Assembly (NCBI GenBank): GCA_965230295.1
Contig: OZ246001.1
Span: 2,272,001-2,336,000, forward strand
Direction: 5' to 3'
From: Marinicella sp.
GTDB lineage: Bacteria; Pseudomonadota; Gammaproteobacteria; Xanthomonadales; Marinicellaceae
DNA length: 64,000 nt
Positions within the stretch are counted from its first letter, which is position 1. Every line of letters starts with the position of its first letter. The notes below the pieces were generated by a model that saw nothing but the letters and a program-made list of their open reading frames with translations, was not told where the DNA came from and made no database searches. This document shows, piece by piece, positions 60,462 through 64,000 of this stretch. Both the position numbers and the translations under genes were made by a program.

Positions 60462-61476
60462 GTTTGAACATACAGCAGTGATCAAGGCTGCCATTGTTGG
60501 CGCCAGGGGCTATGTCGGGGTGGAACTGATCGGTTTGTTGGATCAACATCCTCAAGTTGAATTGATGGGTGTGTATTCCAGGGCCTATGCCGGACAAACC
60601 GTGCAATCGATGTTACCGAGTTTTTCTGATCCTGAACTGACCTATTCGGTCTGTGAATTTGAGCAGCTGCCGCACATGGATTTGGATGTGTTGTTCTTGG
60701 CTTTGCCTGATGGTGTGGCTAAACAGCATGCCGAGCTGTGGCACCAAATGGCGGCTGAAACTGTGGTCATTGATTTGAGTGCCGATCACCGCTTTGATGA
60801 CCACTGGACCTATGGTCAGTCGGAAACCAACACCGAAGCTTTGGGTCAGGCCCACTTGATCGCCAATCCTGGCTGTTATGCGACCGGCATGCAGTTGGGT
60901 TTGTTGCCTTTGTTGCCGTATTTGGATGATGAACATGATGTGCCGACTGCTTTTGGCATTTCAGGTTACAGTGGTGCGGGCACCAATCCATCGGACAAAA
61001 ACAACCCGGATCGTCTTGCAGATAACATCCTGGCCTACAAACCCACCGGTCACACCCATGAAAAAGAGGTGTCGCATGTGTTGGGACACACCCTGCGTTT
61101 CATGCCACATGTGGCGGCACATTTCCGAGGTATTCATTTGACCTTGTCGGGGAAATTGAACCTGACCTTAACTGCTGAAGAAGTTCAAAAGACCTTTGAG
61201 CAGTTTTACCAACCGCATGCATTGATCGAGGTGCAAAAGGCACCGACTGAAATCCAGCAGGTCTCAGAACAGCACCACGTGGTTATAGGCGGTTTTGCCT
61301 GTTCGGTTTCCGAACCGGGTCATTTTGTCATCAATGTGGCCCTGGATAATTTACTCAAAGGTGCGGCCACCCAGGCTGTGCAAAACATGAACCTGGCTTG
61401 TGCCTCCGAATTTGGCACCAGCTTATTTGATGGAATCAACCATGAAGAACAACCAAAAAGAAAACTTGAAGCATGA
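60454..61476 (+). CDS. argC: N-acetyl-gamma-glutamyl-phosphate reductase
   Basis: GARGYVG, DLSADHR, ANPGCYAT, SGYSGAG, DNLLKGAA. Confidence 0.95.
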   Translation: MPKFEHTAVIKAAIVGARGYVGVELIGLLDQHPQVELMGVYSRAYAGQTVQSMLPSFSDPELTYSVCEFEQLPHMDLDVLFLALPDGVAKQHAELWHQMAAETVVIDLSADHRFDDHWTYGQSETNTEALGQAHLIANPGCYATGMQLGLLPLLPYLDDEHDVPTAFGISGYSGAGTNPSDKNNPDRLADNILAYKPTGHTHEKEVSHVLGHTLRFMPHVAAHFRGIHLTLSGKLNLTLTAEEVQKTFEQFYQPHALIEVQKAPTEIQQVSEQHHVVIGGFACSVSEPGHFVINVALDNLLKGAATQAVQNMNLACASEFGTSLFDGINHEEQPKRKLEA

Positions 61477-62764
61477 ACAGGCGGTCCTCTGGGCCACCCA
61501 AGGTGCGCAACAACTGGCCCCCGGCGTGATGGCTTACCTGGCTGGCGAAGATGTGCTGCTGGATCAAGCACTGTTTCTCTACGACATCCAAGGCACCCAG
61601 GCCCACATCATCGGATTGGCTGAAATAGGCTTGATCACGGCTGAAGAGTTGGACCAATTCATTCAAGCTTTGGCCGATTTAACCACCGCCTATCAGAACC
61701 AAGACTTCGTTTTGGACAATCGATTCGAAGACGGTCATTCAGCCATTGAGTTTTACCTGACCGAACAGCTCGGAGAACTCGGTAAAAAAGCCCACACTGG
61801 AAGATCCAGGAATGACCAAGTGTTGACCTGTTTGCGCCTCTACATGCAAGACCAGCTGTCGGTGGTCAAGCAACAGACCTTCGACATCATCAATGTGTTG
61901 ATGGATTTGGCCGAGCAGCACAAGGGTTCACTGATGCCTGGCTACACCCACCTGCAAAGGGCCATGCCCAATACTGTGGCGGTGTGGCTATTGGGTTATG
62001 CTGAAAGCCTGTTGGATGGCATGCATCACTTGAGTGGTTTACAACAACTGTTCGATGCCTCGCCCTTGGGCACTGCGGCTGGATTTGGCGTGCCCTTGCC
62101 TTTGGCCAGAGAGACAGCAGCCGAGGCCATGGGCTTTTCCCGGGTGCAGATCAACCCCTTTGCCGCCCAGAACTCCAGAGGCAAATACGAGCTGATGTGC
62201 CTGCATGGCCTGAGCTACCTGATGTTGGATGTGAGGAGGTTGGCCTGGGATTTGAGCTTGTTCATGACCAGCGAGTTTGATTTCATCCAAATGGGCACCA
62301 GCCACACCACCGGCTCATCGATCATGCCCAATAAAAACAACCCCGATGTGGTCGAACTGATGCGTGCCAGCCTGTCGGTGGTCGATGGTGCCGTACAACA
62401 AATCCAGTCCCTGTTGTCCTTACCCAGTGGTTACCAACGTGACCTACAAATGAGCAAAGGCCCCCTGATCAAAGGCATGCAAATGACCCGACAAACCCTG
62501 GCCCTCTTGCCTGGTTTGCTAAAAGCGCTGACTTTTAAAACCGACCACATGCAAGCCGCCATCACCGATGACATGATGGCCACTGACCAAGCCCTGGCCA
62601 AAGTCAAACAAGGCCAATCGTTCCGAGATGCCTACCTCGACAGCAAATCAATCGAAAGTAACACCATCACTGCCAAAGATTCGATTGAACAAAGGGTGTC
62701 GCTTGGAGGTGCGGCCAATTTGGGGTTGGAGCTGTTGCAGGAGCGTTTGGCCGAACTTCAATAA
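61442..62764 (+). CDS. argH: Argininosuccinate lyase
   Basis: HTGRSRNDQ, PGYTHLQRA, GSSIMPNKNNPD. Confidence 0.96.
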   Translation: MKNNQKENLKHEQAVLWATQGAQQLAPGVMAYLAGEDVLLDQALFLYDIQGTQAHIIGLAEIGLITAEELDQFIQALADLTTAYQNQDFVLDNRFEDGHSAIEFYLTEQLGELGKKAHTGRSRNDQVLTCLRLYMQDQLSVVKQQTFDIINVLMDLAEQHKGSLMPGYTHLQRAMPNTVAVWLLGYAESLLDGMHHLSGLQQLFDASPLGTAAGFGVPLPLARETAAEAMGFSRVQINPFAAQNSRGKYELMCLHGLSYLMLDVRRLAWDLSLFMTSEFDFIQMGTSHTTGSSIMPNKNNPDVVELMRASLSVVDGAVQQIQSLLSLPSGYQRDLQMSKGPLIKGMQMTRQTLALLPGLLKALTFKTDHMQAAITDDMMATDQALAKVKQGQSFRDAYLDSKSIESNTITAKDSIEQRVSLGGAANLGLELLQERLAELQ

Positions 62765-62768
62765 ATGG

Positions 62769-63092
62769 TGTCATTGCGAGCGAAGCGCGGCAATCTCATG
62801 AATCTGGATAGTTGTTTGGAGATTGCCACGTCGCTCCGCTCCTCGCAATGACATCGAAATTTTCGTCATTCTGAGCGTAACGAAGTGAAGTCGAAGAATC
62901 TCCCCAATGTATTTGGATGTGAAATAAGAGGCGAAAACTCAACCTTTAGGAGATCCTTCGGTTCCGCTTCGCTTCACGTCCTACGGCATCTCACTAAGCC
63001 TTCTTGGATGCCATCCAAACCGGCATAGTTCGATTACCTGGCCTCAGGATGACATTGTGTTTTTCGTCATCCCGGCGTAGGCTGGGATCCAG
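62769..63092. repeat. Cluster of three GTCAT...ATGAC palindromic repeats
   Basis: 62769-62853 (GTCATTGCGAG..CTCGCAATGAC), 62865-63053 (GTCATTCTGAG..CTCAGGATGAC), 63066-63092 half element (GTCATCCCGGC..GGGATCCAG). Confidence 0.8.
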
Positions 63093-63304
63093 TGTCTTAT
63101 TTGATAGCCATTAATGAAATGAGAGCAGGGGGTTCTATTAGAGGTGCAGGAAATCAGTCATATAGATTGTCAGTCAATAGGCATTCATGATACTGTAATT
63201 GATATAAAGTGCTTCAATAAATCTTGATCAGCACGGCTTTGGTTAACTGTGGTATTCATTTTTATTGAACACGGTGTTTATGTAACTGAAAGTCAGGAGG
63301 TTGT

Positions 63305-63613
63305 ATGTCGATCATGAGGTTATGGCATGGTGAAGTGTCCAAAGATAAGGGTGATGAGTATGAGCAGTTTTTGTTGGACAAGGCTGTTCCTGATTACTCC
63401 TCCATCCCGGGTTTGAAAAAGCTGTACTTCCAACGCAGAAATGAAGATGTGGTGACGCATTTTTTGTTGATCACCATTTGGGATTCATTGGACGCCATCA
63501 AACAGTTTGCGGGTGAAAGCCCTGACATTTCTAAATACTATCCAGAGGATGATGATTTTCTGATCAACAAAGAAAAGCACGTCAAAATGTATAATATTTT
63601 TTATGAGCAGTGA
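63305..63613 (+). CDS. ABM-like dimeric alpha/beta-barrel protein
   Basis: IMRLWHG, FLLITIWDSLDAIKQFAG, YYPED; RBS AGGAGG. Confidence 0.85.
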   Translation: MSIMRLWHGEVSKDKGDEYEQFLLDKAVPDYSSIPGLKKLYFQRRNEDVVTHFLLITIWDSLDAIKQFAGESPDISKYYPEDDDFLINKEKHVKMYNIFYEQ

Positions 63614-63732
63614 ATCTGTTTGATCAACTATTAGGGTTCAGAGAAGTTGATGTTGACTCAAAGTTGAGTGAGTCAATGGCTCTGACTTAATGGAAAATAT
63701 AATAATTTGTTAATTAACCCAAGGTTATTTAT

Positions 63733-64000
63733 ATGTTTGATAATCCTAAAAGAGTTGTTGATCTCTGGTATGGCGAAGACTTGATAAACCTGCACCAAGG
63801 AAGCATCAATAGGGTGTCGTACACTTTTCGAGTTTTGTCTGATGAAATTGAAGACAGCCAAAGGGGTTCCGCAATAAAAATTCTGAATGAATACGAAGAT
63901 CATTGGGCAATTATAAAGCCTAACCTAACAAGTAGGTTATCGCTCAGTAATTTGGGTACTCGTATCTTGATGTATGTTCCTGCCCTCGTCGGAGATACGG
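63733..64000 (+). CDS. Hypothetical protein, partial (runs off window end)
   Basis: Open frame MFDNPKRVVDLWYGEDLINL... with no stop to 64000; AAGG upstream. Confidence 0.5.
   Translation, partial: MFDNPKRVVDLWYGEDLINLHQGSINRVSYTFRVLSDEIEDSQRGSAIKILNEYEDHWAIIKPNLTSRLSLSNLGTRILMYVPALVGDT

Noticed and set aside
1-64000. tRNA, rRNA, prophage, integron, defence systems
   Set aside because: No cloverleaf or rRNA signatures, integrase, phage genes, attC arrays or recognisable defence domains seen

Overview
This is a 64-kb chromosomal window from a moderately AT-rich gammaproteobacterium. The gene content and secreted-protein tags suggest a Marinicella/Xanthomonadales-like marine lineage (inference). 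It carries housekeeping genes (dtd, miaA, mutL, feoAB, argS, an FtsN-like SPOR protein, lpxL-like acyltransferase, clpB) and regulator/enzyme pairs (HxlR, XRE, MarR, TetR, ECF42+DGPF, ECF+Ser/Thr kinase, an OmpR-family two-component system). It also has several secreted proteins (nuclease, FG-GAP propeller, lysyl-endopeptidase-like protease, plant-type LRR), an iorAB-like Mo-enzyme, a GMC oxidoreductase-oppBC(DF) cluster and a Xanthomonas-type arg operon (argF'-G-E-B/A-C-H). I saw no rRNA, tRNA, CRISPR array, transposase or prophage. The main unannotated signals are non-coding. (1) A trp-style ribosome-mediated attenuator precedes the arg operon: a 35-aa leader with four consecutive Arg codons, plus protector, antiterminator and terminator hairpins. 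(2) A CsrB/RsmY-like GGA-rich sRNA has a GacA/UvrY-like box upstream. (3) A two-copy modular structured element shows compensatory base changes and shares a hairpin module with another repeat family. (4) There is a 268-bp MITE and a collapsed copy of it that supplies the stop codons of two convergent genes. All identifications were made by eye, with no database searches.
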